DNA from: a virus
Strand: one strand, 5' to 3'
IMG/VR virus record: IMGVR_UViG_3300047323_000673
Span: 64,001-128,000 of that record
DNA: 64,000 nucleotides
The notes beneath the pieces are model-generated. The model had not been told where the DNA came from, did not search any database, and was given only the letters and a program-made list of their open reading frames with translations. Position numbers and translations under genes: made by a program. This document shows positions 29,013-39,712 of the stretch, in pieces; the first letter of the stretch is position 1, and the number at the start of each line of letters is the position of its first letter.

Positions 29013-29650
29013 ATTTTATTCTTTTTATTTAACGACTTATCTTGCTTTTGATTCGCTAATTCTTCATTCAAATTTTTATTTAAATCTTTTAATTCAAAAA
29101 GTCTTGCAACATCAGAGCTTTTTTCTATAAAATTATTTATATAAGGAGTTATTTCTATATTTAAATCTGAAATAAGATAATGAAGTATAGTAAATTGTTT
29201 TTTAGTATATGCTATTAGAAAAAAGCTTTCTAATAGTGTAGGTTTTTCTTTTAAATGTTTATTGAAATTTTCTTTACAAATAAGATATTTAACGATATCT
29301 AAATAGCCATTTCTAATAGCTGGAGCTATCATATTTCCTGAAAGTAAGCATTGGTTAAAATATTTATCATCGGGATATTTATCAAAAAATTCTTCTAAAA
29401 TATTTAACTTCCCCATTTGTGAGGCTATTTGTGATGCAGTACTTATACAATGTTGATATCGCACTCTTTTATATTGTGTTATTAAAAAATCTAACATTTC
29501 AATGTGTTCATACTTAATAGCTTCAGTAAGCATCATTTCTTTAGTGTTTTGATCACTTTTTTCAAACTCTATAGTTTTTAAAAAACTTTTTATTGCTGCA
29601 AGATCACCACTTCCACATGCAGAATATGCTTTTGAAATTAAATCGGACAT
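29009..29650 (-). CDS. divergent ankyrin-repeat protein, tagged
   Basis: ends NKKNKI; ATGA overlap. Confidence 0.8.
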   Translation of the reverse strand: MSDLISKAYSACGSGDLAAIKSFLKTIEFEKSDQNTKEMMLTEAIKYEHIEMLDFLITQYKRVRYQHCISTASQIASQMGKLNILEEFFDKYPDDKYFNQCLLSGNMIAPAIRNGYLDIVKYLICKENFNKHLKEKPTLLESFFLIAYTKKQFTILHYLISDLNIEITPYINNFIEKSSDVARLFELKDLNKNLNEELANQKQDKSLNKKNKI

Positions 29651-29665
29651 TATTTAAATTTTTAA

Positions 29666-30346
29666 TCATTTAGGTGTATTTATATCATTCTTTGTTAAAT
29701 CTTTTTGTAAAGCTAGATTAGTTTCTCTTAATGCGAAAATTCTTTCCATCTCTTTTCTTTCAGGCCCAGTTATGGAAAACAAAAGGAGTTCTATTGATTT
29801 AGATTTTAATACATTACACTCTAGTATAAAATAACGAACTAAATCAGAATTACCATTATAAATACATTGTTCAAATAATTTATCAACAGAGTCAGAATCA
29901 ATTTCTACTCTAGTGTTTTTAAATATATAATCTACAATTTCTGTATGACCAAAGGAACAAGCCCTTTCCAATATTCTCATATTTTCTTTTTTTAGCTCAA
30001 TTTCTGTAGGATTAGTTCCTTTTTGTGCTTTATTAAGAAAATAATCTAATAAATCTATTTTGTTATGAGTTACCGCAAAAATTATACCATTGTGAATTAT
30101 ATTTTTTCTAGGAGTGTCAAAATTAACATCAGGACTATTTATTAGATAATCTACAATCTCCAAGTGTCCATAACCACAAGCTAATTCAAAACAACGGTTT
30201 TCATTTGCATTAGGATTAGCATGGATTTTTAATTCAGGAGATGAAAATAAATATTTAACATATTCAAGATCATTAGATTGAACTGCTTTATTGACTTCTT
30301 TATTTAGTTTTTCTTCAGATAGTTCTGCTTTAATATAATTTTTCAT
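29666..30346 (-). CDS. divergent ankyrin-repeat protein, tag clipped by premature TGA
   Basis: ...NTPK-TGA-L-K-I-TAA in frame; ancestral stop at 29654-29656. Confidence 0.8.
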   Translation of the reverse strand: MKNYIKAELSEEKLNKEVNKAVQSNDLEYVKYLFSSPELKIHANPNANENRCFELACGYGHLEIVDYLINSPDVNFDTPRKNIIHNGIIFAVTHNKIDLLDYFLNKAQKGTNPTEIELKKENMRILERACSFGHTEIVDYIFKNTRVEIDSDSVDKLFEQCIYNGNSDLVRYFILECNVLKSKSIELLLFSITGPERKEMERIFALRETNLALQKDLTKNDINTPK

Positions 30347-30354
30347 TTCTAATT

Positions 30355-31104
30355 TTATATTTTTGTTCTTTTAATTATATTATTATTTTGAGTATTATCC
30401 AAATGTTGGATTAAAGATTGTTTTAAATCTCTAGACTCAAACATGCTTGCAACAACTCTGTCTGTTTCTATGATTTTTTGAATTTCAGGAGTAATATCTA
30501 TATTCTTATCAAAAATAAAATATTCTAGAATATCTATTTTTTTCCATGCTACTGCCCCTTTAAATGCTTTATCATTAAAAATATGGATATCATTATATTG
30601 TTTTAATTTTTCATTATTAAAAATATACTCAAGTATATGAGTATGACCATATTTGGCAGCTAATGATGTTGCTTCACCTTCTTTTAAACGCTTATAAAGT
30701 TCATAGTCTGTTGGAAAGTTTTCAATAATATAATCAAAAATTTCTAATTTTCCTTTAGATATGCAATAAGAACAGATTTTCCAGGCTAACTCATTATACT
30801 TATATTCAATTATTGCTGGATAATTTAATAAGTAATGCAGCATTTCTAGGTTATTATCATCACAGCTTTTTTTAGTAAATGCATTAATATTAACATCAGA
30901 AAAAAAGAATTTGTCTTTAGGTGATGAATTAAGAATGATTTCTAAAGTATCAATTCTCCCACTAGATATGGCTTCTATAGCCATATTTTGATTATAGGTA
31001 AATACTTCAGAATTTGCTCGACTATCTGAAGCAAAAAAGTTTTTAACTATTTCATTATTGCCTTCTTTACAAGCTTCAAGTATCTCTTTCATAGTAAGAT
31101 TCAT
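30355..31104 (-). CDS. divergent ankyrin-repeat protein, tagged
   Basis: ends IKRTKI. Confidence 0.8.
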   Translation of the reverse strand: MNLTMKEILEACKEGNNEIVKNFFASDSRANSEVFTYNQNMAIEAISSGRIDTLEIILNSSPKDKFFFSDVNINAFTKKSCDDNNLEMLHYLLNYPAIIEYKYNELAWKICSYCISKGKLEIFDYIIENFPTDYELYKRLKEGEATSLAAKYGHTHILEYIFNNEKLKQYNDIHIFNDKAFKGAVAWKKIDILEYFIFDKNIDITPEIQKIIETDRVVASMFESRDLKQSLIQHLDNTQNNNIIKRTKI

Positions 31105-31106
31105 AA

Positions 31107-31742
31107 TTAAACCTTTAATTTTTTTAGAATAGAAGAATTATTATTTAAATCATTATTTAAGTCCTTATTAATACTTCTTAACTCAAACATATGAGCAATT
31201 TCAGAATCAATATCTATCATATTTTTAATATTAGAAGTAATCTCAATATTTAAATCAAAGATAAAGTAGTGTAAAACATGCTTCTGTTTTGCCTCAAAAG
31301 CTTCCCTAAAGATTGCATCATCATTTACATGGATATTTACATATTTTTTTAAATTATCGTTATTTAAGATATATTTAATAGCATCTAAGTTGCCAATACT
31401 ACTAGCAATTCTAAGAGTTTTGCCTTTTTCTAAAGTATCAATTAACGATTCGTCATTAAAAAAATTTTCAATAATGGATTCAAAAACTTTTAATTTATTA
31501 TTTGAAATAGCAAAATTAGCAACATTCGGAATTATCTTTTTTTCATTATGGCTAAGTTTGAAAGTTTCTAGCATAAAATTGATAAGCTTAATTTGATCAT
31601 GTTTAACGGCATGCATAAGCATCATATCTTTGCGCGCAGTAAAACCAGCATTAGATGAATTTGAATTTAGAAAATTTTTAATAGTTTCTATATCTCCTAC
31701 TTGGCATGCTCCATATATGGTTGCATTAGAATTAGGTGTCAT
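31107..31742 (-). CDS. divergent ankyrin-repeat protein, tagged
   Basis: ends LKKLKV. Confidence 0.8.
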   Translation of the reverse strand: MTPNSNATIYGACQVGDIETIKNFLNSNSSNAGFTARKDMMLMHAVKHDQIKLINFMLETFKLSHNEKKIIPNVANFAISNNKLKVFESIIENFFNDESLIDTLEKGKTLRIASSIGNLDAIKYILNNDNLKKYVNIHVNDDAIFREAFEAKQKHVLHYFIFDLNIEITSNIKNMIDIDSEIAHMFELRSINKDLNNDLNNNSSILKKLKV

Positions 31743-31744
31743 AA

Positions 31745-32533
31745 TTATATTTTTAATTTTTTATCGTTTGATATTTTCGGGTTACTATTCAACTCATTAT
31801 CTAATGTTTGTTTTAAATCCCTTACTTCAAACCATTCTTGTGTTTGAACAGCAAAAGGATTAACAATAGTGCCTACAGGTTCGCAGCTTTTATCTAAAAA
31901 TTCAGTTATATGATTAGTTTTATTAATATTTAAATCAAAAATTAAATATTTAATAGCATTTAAATTTGCACTACCTAAAACATGTCTAAAAGGTAAATCT
32001 TCTTCACAATGAATATTAAGGTGTTCTTTTACGCCTGGTTTAGAAAATAAATATTTTAAAGATTTCAATTCTCCTGTTACACATGCATAGCAAAGTAAGC
32101 TTCCCCCATTTAATATATCAGGATTAAAGTCAGGATGATTTAAACTAAATAAGTAATCTAAAACATTAGTATGTCCCCATTTTGCAGCCACACAACCACA
32201 ATAATGTAATTTTCTATCTGTTTCTTTTAAAAATGAAGGATAAGTTTCTATGAAATATTTTACTATATGTAATTGGCCGTTTTCACAAGCTTGTCTTAGT
32301 GCATTATCTTTATGTATAAAGAATCCTTTTGGAGTATTAGGTGATTCTAATAATACTTTAACAATTTCTAAATTTCCTTTATAAGCAGCTTTCCCAAGAG
32401 TCTCATAAGTAAAGTCATAAGAGGCTCTTTTAATTGTTCCTTGCTCCATAATACTTTTAACATAGGAAAGATCACCTTGTTCACAAGCTTCTATAAATTT
32501 TTGAGATGAATATTTAATAATTTTTTTTTCCAT
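31745..32533 (-). CDS. divergent ankyrin-repeat protein, tagged
   Basis: AAYKGNLEIVKVLL, ACENGQLHIVKYF; ends DKKLKI. Confidence 0.85.
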   Translation of the reverse strand: MEKKIIKYSSQKFIEACEQGDLSYVKSIMEQGTIKRASYDFTYETLGKAAYKGNLEIVKVLLESPNTPKGFFIHKDNALRQACENGQLHIVKYFIETYPSFLKETDRKLHYCGCVAAKWGHTNVLDYLFSLNHPDFNPDILNGGSLLCYACVTGELKSLKYLFSKPGVKEHLNIHCEEDLPFRHVLGSANLNAIKYLIFDLNINKTNHITEFLDKSCEPVGTIVNPFAVQTQEWFEVRDLKQTLDNELNSNPKISNDKKLKI

Positions 32534-32535
32534 AA

Positions 32536-33006
32536 TTATATTTTTAATTTATTAATTTTATTTTCCTCATTAATAGGTAGTTCAGTAGCTAAAGATTGCT
32601 TTAAACCTCTCATTTCAAACATATGATTAATTTTCTGCGCTTCATCTTTATCCATACCTTTTAGGTTCCATTCTAGCTCCCAAGATAAAGGCATATTTAA
32701 TTCAGAAATAAAATAGTTGGCAATATCCCAGTTTTTATTTTCAATTACAACCCAAAATATAAAGCCATAATTTGTATTAAAATCATTTAATGCTTGTTTG
32801 TTCTCATGTTCTATAAGGTATTTTACAATATCAAGTTTATTATGCATGCAGGCTTCTCTTAAAAGTTCTCTTCCTACATCTTTCAAACCTTCACAAGCAA
32901 TAGCAACATCAGTAAAAAAATTTTTTACAATATTTAATTGTCCTCTTGATATAGCTTTAACTAATTTCGCATAAAATGCATGTCTATTATCATTATTTAT
33001 TTCCAT
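32536..33006 (-). CDS. short divergent ankyrin-repeat protein, tagged
   Basis: 156 aa; ends INKLKI. Confidence 0.75.
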   Translation of the reverse strand: MEINNDNRHAFYAKLVKAISRGQLNIVKNFFTDVAIACEGLKDVGRELLREACMHNKLDIVKYLIEHENKQALNDFNTNYGFIFWVVIENKNWDIANYFISELNMPLSWELEWNLKGMDKDEAQKINHMFEMRGLKQSLATELPINEENKINKLKI

Positions 33007-33007
33007 A

Positions 33008-33823
33008 TTAAACCTTTAATTTTTTATTTATTTGATTGTCTTTATTACTAGGTAATTCTTTTCCTAAAGACTTCTGTAATTCTCTAGTTTCAAACATATG
33101 ATTGATTGATTCAGATCTAGAACGGTTAATTAAGTGTTGCTCTATATTAGAGGTTTTTTCAATATTTAAATTAAAAATTAAATACTTTAGAATATCTGTA
33201 TGATTGTTTTCATAAGCTAACTTAAATAAACAATCATTATCTTTATGAATGTCATATTTTTCTTTTATCCCATCTGTTTCTAGTAAAAATTGTAATACTT
33301 GTATTTGATTATTTTCACATGCTGCATAAAGTATAGAACCTGTGGTGTATTCAAAATCAATAATTTCGCTATAAGTTTCATTAAAGAAAAAATGCTTTAT
33401 AATTGCTAAATGTCCTTTAGAACTAGCTGATATTAAACCTGAAGTGATGGTTTTATTATAATTAAGCGGTTTTTGATTATTGCTAGTTTTCTTTTTATTA
33501 AGTTTTTCTTGAAAAAACTCAACTACTTCTAAGTTTCCACCATCAAAGCCTTTACTTAATAAGTTTTTAAGTGAAAGAGAATTATTTATATTATTGATAA
33601 AATGACTTAATTGAGGAGCATTCCATATTGCTTCACATATATGAAAATGTCCTTTCATTGATGCAAAAATAAGCATTTGCACAGAAAGAGATGGATTTTC
33701 CTTTAAATAATTTTGGTTATTTTCAGAATTGATAAATTCTAAAACAAATTGTAAATCTCCCTCTCTACATGCTTTATGTACATTGTGAGCAAAACGAGTA
33801 TTAGGAGCATAAAATTTAGTCAT
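33008..33823 (-). CDS. divergent ankyrin-repeat protein, tagged
   Basis: ends NKKLKV. Confidence 0.8.
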   Translation of the reverse strand: MTKFYAPNTRFAHNVHKACREGDLQFVLEFINSENNQNYLKENPSLSVQMLIFASMKGHFHICEAIWNAPQLSHFINNINNSLSLKNLLSKGFDGGNLEVVEFFQEKLNKKKTSNNQKPLNYNKTITSGLISASSKGHLAIIKHFFFNETYSEIIDFEYTTGSILYAACENNQIQVLQFLLETDGIKEKYDIHKDNDCLFKLAYENNHTDILKYLIFNLNIEKTSNIEQHLINRSRSESINHMFETRELQKSLGKELPSNKDNQINKKLKV

Positions 33824-33824
33824 A

Positions 33825-34583
33825 TTATAATTTAATTTTTTTACTTGCAGTTTGATTGATAATCTTTAAACTTTGTTGAAGTGATTTATTTAACTCTCTT
33901 GAGTTAAACATTTCTTCAGCATAACTATTATTATACCTCATTATAAAATAACTAACATCTTTTGTTTTTGGGATATCTAAATCAAAAATAAGAAATTTAA
34001 GAAGTGCATCATTATTATTTTCGCATGCAAGTTCAAAAGCCTTAGTTCTGTCATTCCAATCATTAAAAACTGAATTTATTAACACACATTTAGCAATATT
34101 AATTGTTTGAGATGAATAAATATTCTTTAAGAAAAAGAAATTGCCAAAAATAGATAAGTAATTATTTTCAGGATCATGTGGGTTTACCAAGGCCATAAAA
34201 AGTGGCACATTATCATTACTTACTGAAATATTAATTTGTTCATCTACAAATGAAGGAAAAGTATAAGATACACAAGGCGCAGGATGATTAACTAAATAAG
34301 AAATAATGGGTAGAGTATTTTCTTTAGGACATTTTAATAATTCTTCTAAAGCAGACTTTATATTTTCTGTACGCTTCATATACTGGTTACAAATATCAGA
34401 ACTTAAAAAGAATTTCACAATATCTAAATGCCCATTTAGGCTAGCAGACATAAGTAATTTTTCAGCAAAGGGATTTGCTCCATACATAAGAAAGTTAGAG
34501 CATACATCTTTTATTAACTCTTTTACATTATCTAAGTCACCAATTTCACAGGCTTTATATATTTTGTTTTCTATAATATTCAT
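33825..34583 (-). CDS. divergent ankyrin-repeat protein, tagged
   Basis: ends SKKIKL; TAATG overlap. Confidence 0.8.
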   Translation of the reverse strand: MNIIENKIYKACEIGDLDNVKELIKDVCSNFLMYGANPFAEKLLMSASLNGHLDIVKFFLSSDICNQYMKRTENIKSALEELLKCPKENTLPIISYLVNHPAPCVSYTFPSFVDEQINISVSNDNVPLFMALVNPHDPENNYLSIFGNFFFLKNIYSSQTINIAKCVLINSVFNDWNDRTKAFELACENNNDALLKFLIFDLDIPKTKDVSYFIMRYNNSYAEEMFNSRELNKSLQQSLKIINQTASKKIKL

Positions 34584-35323
34584 TATATTTTAATCTTTTT
34601 AATGTTTTTTGTATTATCGTCTAATTCTTGATGGAGAGAAGCATTTAAATCTCTTGAATTAAACATTTTTAGAATTTGTGGATCATTTTTTATGTGGGCA
34701 ATAATATCTTGTGTTTTTTCTATGTTTAAATTAAAAATAAAATATTTTAAAACATCTAATTGGTTATCATCATAAATAACTTTAAAAGCTTCATCATTAT
34801 ATAAATGAATATCAATATAATCTTTTATTTCATCGTTAGTAAAAAGGTAATCAACGATATTTAAGTGACCATTTCTAGAGGCTTTAATAAGTATGTCACC
34901 TTGTTTTATATTATCCATTAAACCAGAATCATTTGGAAAATTTTCAACAAGATATTTAAACATATCTAGCCTGCCATAGCTTGCAACATATCTAGGAAGC
35001 TTGTCCATAAAGTCATTACCTTTATTTTTAATTAATGCAGGATGATCTAGCATAAATTTTAAAATATCAAATCTATCATAAATACAGACTTGTTGTGCAT
35101 ATGTATCTAAATGATATCTATCAAAATTTTCTTCATTTTTAAAAGATGAATTCCAAAGAAGTTTTAAAATATCTAGGTGGCCTCCTTTTATGGCATTTAT
35201 AGTCATAATATAGGAAGATATTTGATTATTAGATTTAGCCTCATCAGAATTTAAGAAATTTTGAATAATTTCAAAATCACCTTTTTCACAAGCTTCATAT
35301 ATAGTTAGAGGTTCAGTATTCAT
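34583..35323 (-). CDS. divergent ankyrin-repeat protein, tagged
   Basis: start moved to ATG 35323 (TAA-T-ATG junction, MNTEPLTIYEAC like paralogues); ends IKKIKI. Confidence 0.8.
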   Translation of the reverse strand: MNTEPLTIYEACEKGDFEIIQNFLNSDEAKSNNQISSYIMTINAIKGGHLDILKLLWNSSFKNEENFDRYHLDTYAQQVCIYDRFDILKFMLDHPALIKNKGNDFMDKLPRYVASYGRLDMFKYLVENFPNDSGLMDNIKQGDILIKASRNGHLNIVDYLFTNDEIKDYIDIHLYNDEAFKVIYDDNQLDVLKYFIFNLNIEKTQDIIAHIKNDPQILKMFNSRDLNASLHQELDDNTKNIKKIKI

Positions 35324-35324
35324 A

Positions 35325-36050
35325 TTATATTTTAATTGTTTTAGATTTCGCCTGATTGTCATTTAATTCTTCATTAAGAGAATTGTTTAAATCTCTTATA
35401 TCAAATAGTTTTTTTAGTTCTGGCTCGTTTCGCATATATTCTTCTAAAAAAGGAGTTTTTTCAATTTGCAAATCAAACACTAAATAATTTAATATATCAA
35501 AATGATTATTTTTATAAGCTGCTCTTATTGTTACATCTTTATTAACATGAATATCTACATATTTTTTTAAATTTTCTGTATTAAGAACATACCTAATAAC
35601 ATCTATATGTCCGCAAGAAGCAGCATTACTAATTATTTCACCATTTGTTAATTTTGTTTTTATAATTTTATTATCTAAAAATTTATTGAATAGGTATTCA
35701 AATATTTCTAAACTGCCATTTTTAGAAGCATCTATACAAGCTTGTCCAAGAAAATCGTCAGCTAATAATTTTGGATGGGTTAATAAAAGATTTAACATAT
35801 CTACTTTTATATCATTACAAACGATTTGAATACATCCTTTCATATTAATATCATCAAATAATTCATCATTATTTTCTAATTGATTAAAAAGATAATCTAG
35901 CATTTCAAACTGACTACCTTTGATAGCAAATAAAGGTAAAAGACTAATTGATATTTTAATGTCATTGTTATCATTATTGAAAAAATCTTTAATTGTTTCC
36001 AAATCACCAGCTTCACATGCATTATATATATCGATAGCACGAGTATCCAT
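35325..36050 (-). CDS. divergent ankyrin-repeat protein, tagged
   Basis: ends SKTIKI. Confidence 0.8.
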   Translation of the reverse strand: MDTRAIDIYNACEAGDLETIKDFFNNDNNDIKISISLLPLFAIKGSQFEMLDYLFNQLENNDELFDDINMKGCIQIVCNDIKVDMLNLLLTHPKLLADDFLGQACIDASKNGSLEIFEYLFNKFLDNKIIKTKLTNGEIISNAASCGHIDVIRYVLNTENLKKYVDIHVNKDVTIRAAYKNNHFDILNYLVFDLQIEKTPFLEEYMRNEPELKKLFDIRDLNNSLNEELNDNQAKSKTIKI

Positions 36051-36054
36051 AATT

Positions 36055-36840
36055 TTAAACTTTCACTTTCTTACTACTAATTTGATTTGACCCCAATTCA
36101 TTATTGAGTTCTTTATTTAATTCTCTAGCTTGAAACATTTTTTCTGCATTTTCATAATTATCTTGAGCGATAAATCTTTTTATTTCTTGTGTTTTTTCAA
36201 TATTATATTCAAATATAATAAATTTTAAAAGTTCATCATTCCCATAAAAACAAGCATCTTTAAATCCAATTTCAGGATCAAAAAGAGGGAATAATTGAGG
36301 TGTAGAATAAAGATATTTAAGTACTTGAGGATCTTCATTGCGACAACCTTCTTCAAATAATTTGGTATTATTTAACATAACTTTAGCTTGTTCAGGGTAA
36401 TTGTCTGCATTTAATAAGATTTTAAAAAGCACAAGGTTGTCATTTCTAGCAGAATTTTGTAAATACCAACCTAAAGATGTATAAAAATTTTTAGAGTGAA
36501 CTAATCTAGATTCATTGAGAATATATGAAATTATTGGGTATAGCTTTAATTCATTATTCACTAAAATATCTTCCAAAAGGACATCAAATGTTTGATTAAC
36601 AATATTTTCAGTGTTAATTTTTTCTAAAAAATATGGTGTTTCTATAAGAAATTCAATAATATTTAAATGTCCAAATAAACAAGTATTCTGAAAAATTTTT
36701 TTAGCACTTTCATATTCAATATGATATTCATTATTAAAAGAAATTTGAGGCAAAAGTTCTTTAACTTTATCTAAAGAGTTATTTTCACATGCACTTATAA
36801 TTGATTGAACTAATTCTTTTTGAATTTTATTATTACTCAT
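36055..36840 (-). CDS. divergent ankyrin-repeat protein, tagged; first gene of the 36840-26167 unit
   Basis: start moved to ATG 36840 behind GAGGA SD; close paralogue of 19539-21875 genes; ends SKKVKV. Confidence 0.8.
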   Translation of the reverse strand: MSNNKIQKELVQSIISACENNSLDKVKELLPQISFNNEYHIEYESAKKIFQNTCLFGHLNIIEFLIETPYFLEKINTENIVNQTFDVLLEDILVNNELKLYPIISYILNESRLVHSKNFYTSLGWYLQNSARNDNLVLFKILLNADNYPEQAKVMLNNTKLFEEGCRNEDPQVLKYLYSTPQLFPLFDPEIGFKDACFYGNDELLKFIIFEYNIEKTQEIKRFIAQDNYENAEKMFQARELNKELNNELGSNQISSKKVKV

Positions 36841-36862
36841 ATTTTTCCTCATTTATAACTAT

Positions 36863-36890
36863 ATTTTATCAGATTTAATTCAATAAACAA
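36863..36890 (-). promoter_or_regulatory. sigma70-like promoter
   Basis: TTGTTT-16 nt-TAAAAT with TGn extension. Confidence 0.5.
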
Positions 36891-36987
36891 TAATCTATAA
36901 AAGTGCTGAATTACTATAAAAATTAATGGATATAATCTCACTTTTGAGTTAAAATAGTCATAATTAAATTTAAAGTATGGAGTAAAC

Positions 36988-38748
36988 ATGGCAATTTTCA
37001 AAGATGATGGAAGTTCGTTTTCTGTTACAACGAAAGAAATTATGAAAACTATTGAGGAGCTTTTTGATGAAGGTCAATATGCTGAGATGTTCCAAAAAGC
37101 TGGCTTTAAGAATAGCAATAGTAAAAATAAAAAAGAAGCACTAACTACATTTTATCAATTAATTGAAAATGCTGCTATTAATAAAATGGTAAAGGAGAAT
37201 ACCATTGATGATTTCTTTAATGCATTAAATAATTTTTTAGATAATCGTAGTTTTACTGATAGTGAAAAAACTAATTTTTTTAATGGTTGTCAAAATCAAC
37301 TTATCAAAGCAGCATTAAATGCAAACAGATTTGATATCACAAACAAGATAAATATTTATAGGGAAAATAAAGATGTTTCCACTTTTTGCAAATATATTGC
37401 GGGTAAAGCTGAAAAAGAAAATTTTGAAGCTATTGAGCAACTTTTGGAAATTAGCACTGGAATAACCCGTAATAATAGTGAAATTTTGCGTCTTATTTTT
37501 AATAGTGGTGTAAGAAATTATGATTTTTTTACAAAGATAATTAAAAAACATAATTTGGATATTAATGGAGTTGGGACAGTTTCAGAAAGTCAATATCAAA
37601 CATCTTTTGCTCATTTGCTTGCCGGTACTGATGGAACAATGGCAACAAAAATGTTTCATAATTTTATTAAAGATTTCAATAATACAATTAATTTTGATAT
37701 TGAAACTATCAGTGAATATAAGTCTAGATTGAATTTATTTGAAGTTATTTTTGGCTCTGCATTGAGTAAAGTTGAAAAACTCGATAGAATTCAAATAATT
37801 CTAGAATATTGTAATATTTCTGTTAAACATATTGGATATATTAATGATATATTAATTAATAAAATTGATTATTATTCAGAATATTATGATCATAAAGTTT
37901 ATGATGCATTATTTGCTCATGAAAACTTTAATTCAGATTTCTTTGACCGAGAAGCAATTTTGAACAAAATTGTTAAAAATGATACTCATAAAGCAATTGT
38001 TAGTACTCGTAGGAATAATAACAATACGGTGAATCCTACAAGTCTTATGTTAAATAAGATGTTTAAATATTCAAAGCCTGCTGTATTTATGAATAAACAT
38101 CCTTTCATTACTTGGATTGAAATTCAAAATGAAAATTTTTGTAAAGATACATTAAAAAGTTTGGTAAATCATTATGGTGATGATTTACTAAATCTAGAAT
38201 TGCGTCATGTGCAAATAAATTATCATGTTAAAAGTGCATTTGAGGATATGGGCTTTATTTATCCTAAAAACCCTAGTTGGAGAGTAATGTGGGGTCGTGA
38301 TAATGAAAAGAAAAAAATGCGTTTAATTCGTATTGGTCAACATCAAACTAAAGAAGATGTTATTATTGAAGATAAAAAGGAGGATATAAAACCTATAGAT
38401 AATTTTTCTATTGCTTTATTAGAACAAGTTAAAGATTTAGACATTAAAAAACTAATTGAGTCAGTTCATTTTAATTATCAACAATATCACACTCTAGGTC
38501 GTAATCGCATGATGGATGATAATGTGCATTATATGACTGAATTACTACCTAAGTTTTTGAAAACAACAATCGATAATTATCTACACTTCTCAATGCTTGA
38601 TGCTGATTATGCTAAAGAGGAAGCTCTTGTTCAATTAAAGCTTTTAAATAGAAAAGCATTTTCAATTTTGAAAGATGAGCTAGAGAATGAGCAGAAAGAT
38701 ATGGAATATAAAAATGCTGTTCATACAAAAGTGATCAATAATTATTAA
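36988..38748 (+). CDS. large hypothetical protein, untagged; paralogue of 48685..50379
   Basis: GGAG SD; shared blocks YDALFAHxxFN, NPTSxxLxKxFxxSxP, HPFIxWI, LPKxxxTTIxNY. Confidence 0.8.
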   Translation: MAIFKDDGSSFSVTTKEIMKTIEELFDEGQYAEMFQKAGFKNSNSKNKKEALTTFYQLIENAAINKMVKENTIDDFFNALNNFLDNRSFTDSEKTNFFNGCQNQLIKAALNANRFDITNKINIYRENKDVSTFCKYIAGKAEKENFEAIEQLLEISTGITRNNSEILRLIFNSGVRNYDFFTKIIKKHNLDINGVGTVSESQYQTSFAHLLAGTDGTMATKMFHNFIKDFNNTINFDIETISEYKSRLNLFEVIFGSALSKVEKLDRIQIILEYCNISVKHIGYINDILINKIDYYSEYYDHKVYDALFAHENFNSDFFDREAILNKIVKNDTHKAIVSTRRNNNNTVNPTSLMLNKMFKYSKPAVFMNKHPFITWIEIQNENFCKDTLKSLVNHYGDDLLNLELRHVQINYHVKSAFEDMGFIYPKNPSWRVMWGRDNEKKKMRLIRIGQHQTKEDVIIEDKKEDIKPIDNFSIALLEQVKDLDIKKLIESVHFNYQQYHTLGRNRMMDDNVHYMTELLPKFLKTTIDNYLHFSMLDADYAKEEALVQLKLLNRKAFSILKDELENEQKDMEYKNAVHTKVINNY

Positions 38749-38760
38749 TTTGTTTAAAAG

Positions 38761-38787
38761 AAAAAGCCCAAACTATGGGCTTTTTTT
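38761..38787. terminator. bidirectional intrinsic terminator
   Basis: AAAAAGCCCA-AACTA-TGGGCTTTTTTT between convergent genes. Confidence 0.85.
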
Positions 38788-38788
38788 A

Positions 38789-39565
38789 TTAAATTTTATT
38801 CTTTTTAATTGTAGGATTATTTGTAGTTGATAATTCATTTTGGATTTCATCTTTCAACATTAATTTACAAACGAAATGTAATTTTTCATCATTTGGTTCT
38901 GTCAAAGATTTAACGAATTTTTTAATAAATTCAGAATCTCTTATATTACTCAATTTAGAATATACAATCATTGCTGTTTCAAATTGATTATTATTACAAG
39001 AGGCTATAAAGCTAGCTTCTATTAATTTTGTAGGAATTTCTACAGGAGTTGATAACAAATAGTTTATTAATGCATTATTTCCATCTTTGGATGCGGTAAT
39101 TAAGCCATGTTCATTAAAGGTATTCAATAACTCTTCTTTGTGTGTTGAATAAATTGCATACACTTGAGAAAAATAGGATGTTGGGTCTTCTTTAATTATT
39201 GAATATTCATCTATAATGGAAGAATTAGTCATCATATGTTTTGATAAATTAAAAGAATTATCTAATATTTGTAATCTTTCTATGGATTTAGAAGAACATA
39301 TGGAATTAAATAATTTTTCCAACATAAAATCAGGAATTTTTATTTTTTCTTTTTTAAAAAACTCACAAAGAAGATCGAAAACTGCTAACTCCCTTAAGTT
39401 AGCAGCAGAAATTAATCCTAGAAAAAGGCAATCAGTACTTAAATATTCTTTGACATTTTTTCTATTTAATATTTGCTGCACATCATCTACACAATTGGTG
39501 TGAATCATATCTAAGAAAGCTGATGGAAAGTCTTTTGGTTTTATTTTTGATGTATTTAAATTCAT
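38789..39565 (-). CDS. degenerate ankyrin-like protein, tagged
   Basis: LITASKDGNNALINYLL, FIASCNNNQFE; ends IKKNKI. Confidence 0.75.
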   Translation of the reverse strand: MNLNTSKIKPKDFPSAFLDMIHTNCVDDVQQILNRKNVKEYLSTDCLFLGLISAANLRELAVFDLLCEFFKKEKIKIPDFMLEKLFNSICSSKSIERLQILDNSFNLSKHMMTNSSIIDEYSIIKEDPTSYFSQVYAIYSTHKEELLNTFNEHGLITASKDGNNALINYLLSTPVEIPTKLIEASFIASCNNNQFETAMIVYSKLSNIRDSEFIKKFVKSLTEPNDEKLHFVCKLMLKDEIQNELSTTNNPTIKKNKI

Positions 39566-39712
39566 AATATTTTTTTTGTTATAAAAGTAGTATAAACGAA
39601 AGATTAAATGGTTTCTAGTTATTTATTCTAAAAATAAATTTAATTAAAATAATCATGAGCTTAAAAGTAGTGTATAATAACTCTATTATTAAAACATGTT
39701 GAGGAGTTAATT

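Noticed and set aside
24654-29668. Alternative genetic code (TGA or TAG reassigned), suggested by K-TGA-LKI and ATG-x-TAG
   Set aside because: TGA ends many genes exactly after the tag (ATGA overlaps) and TAG does so at 82 and 19539; long ORFs are intact under code 11.
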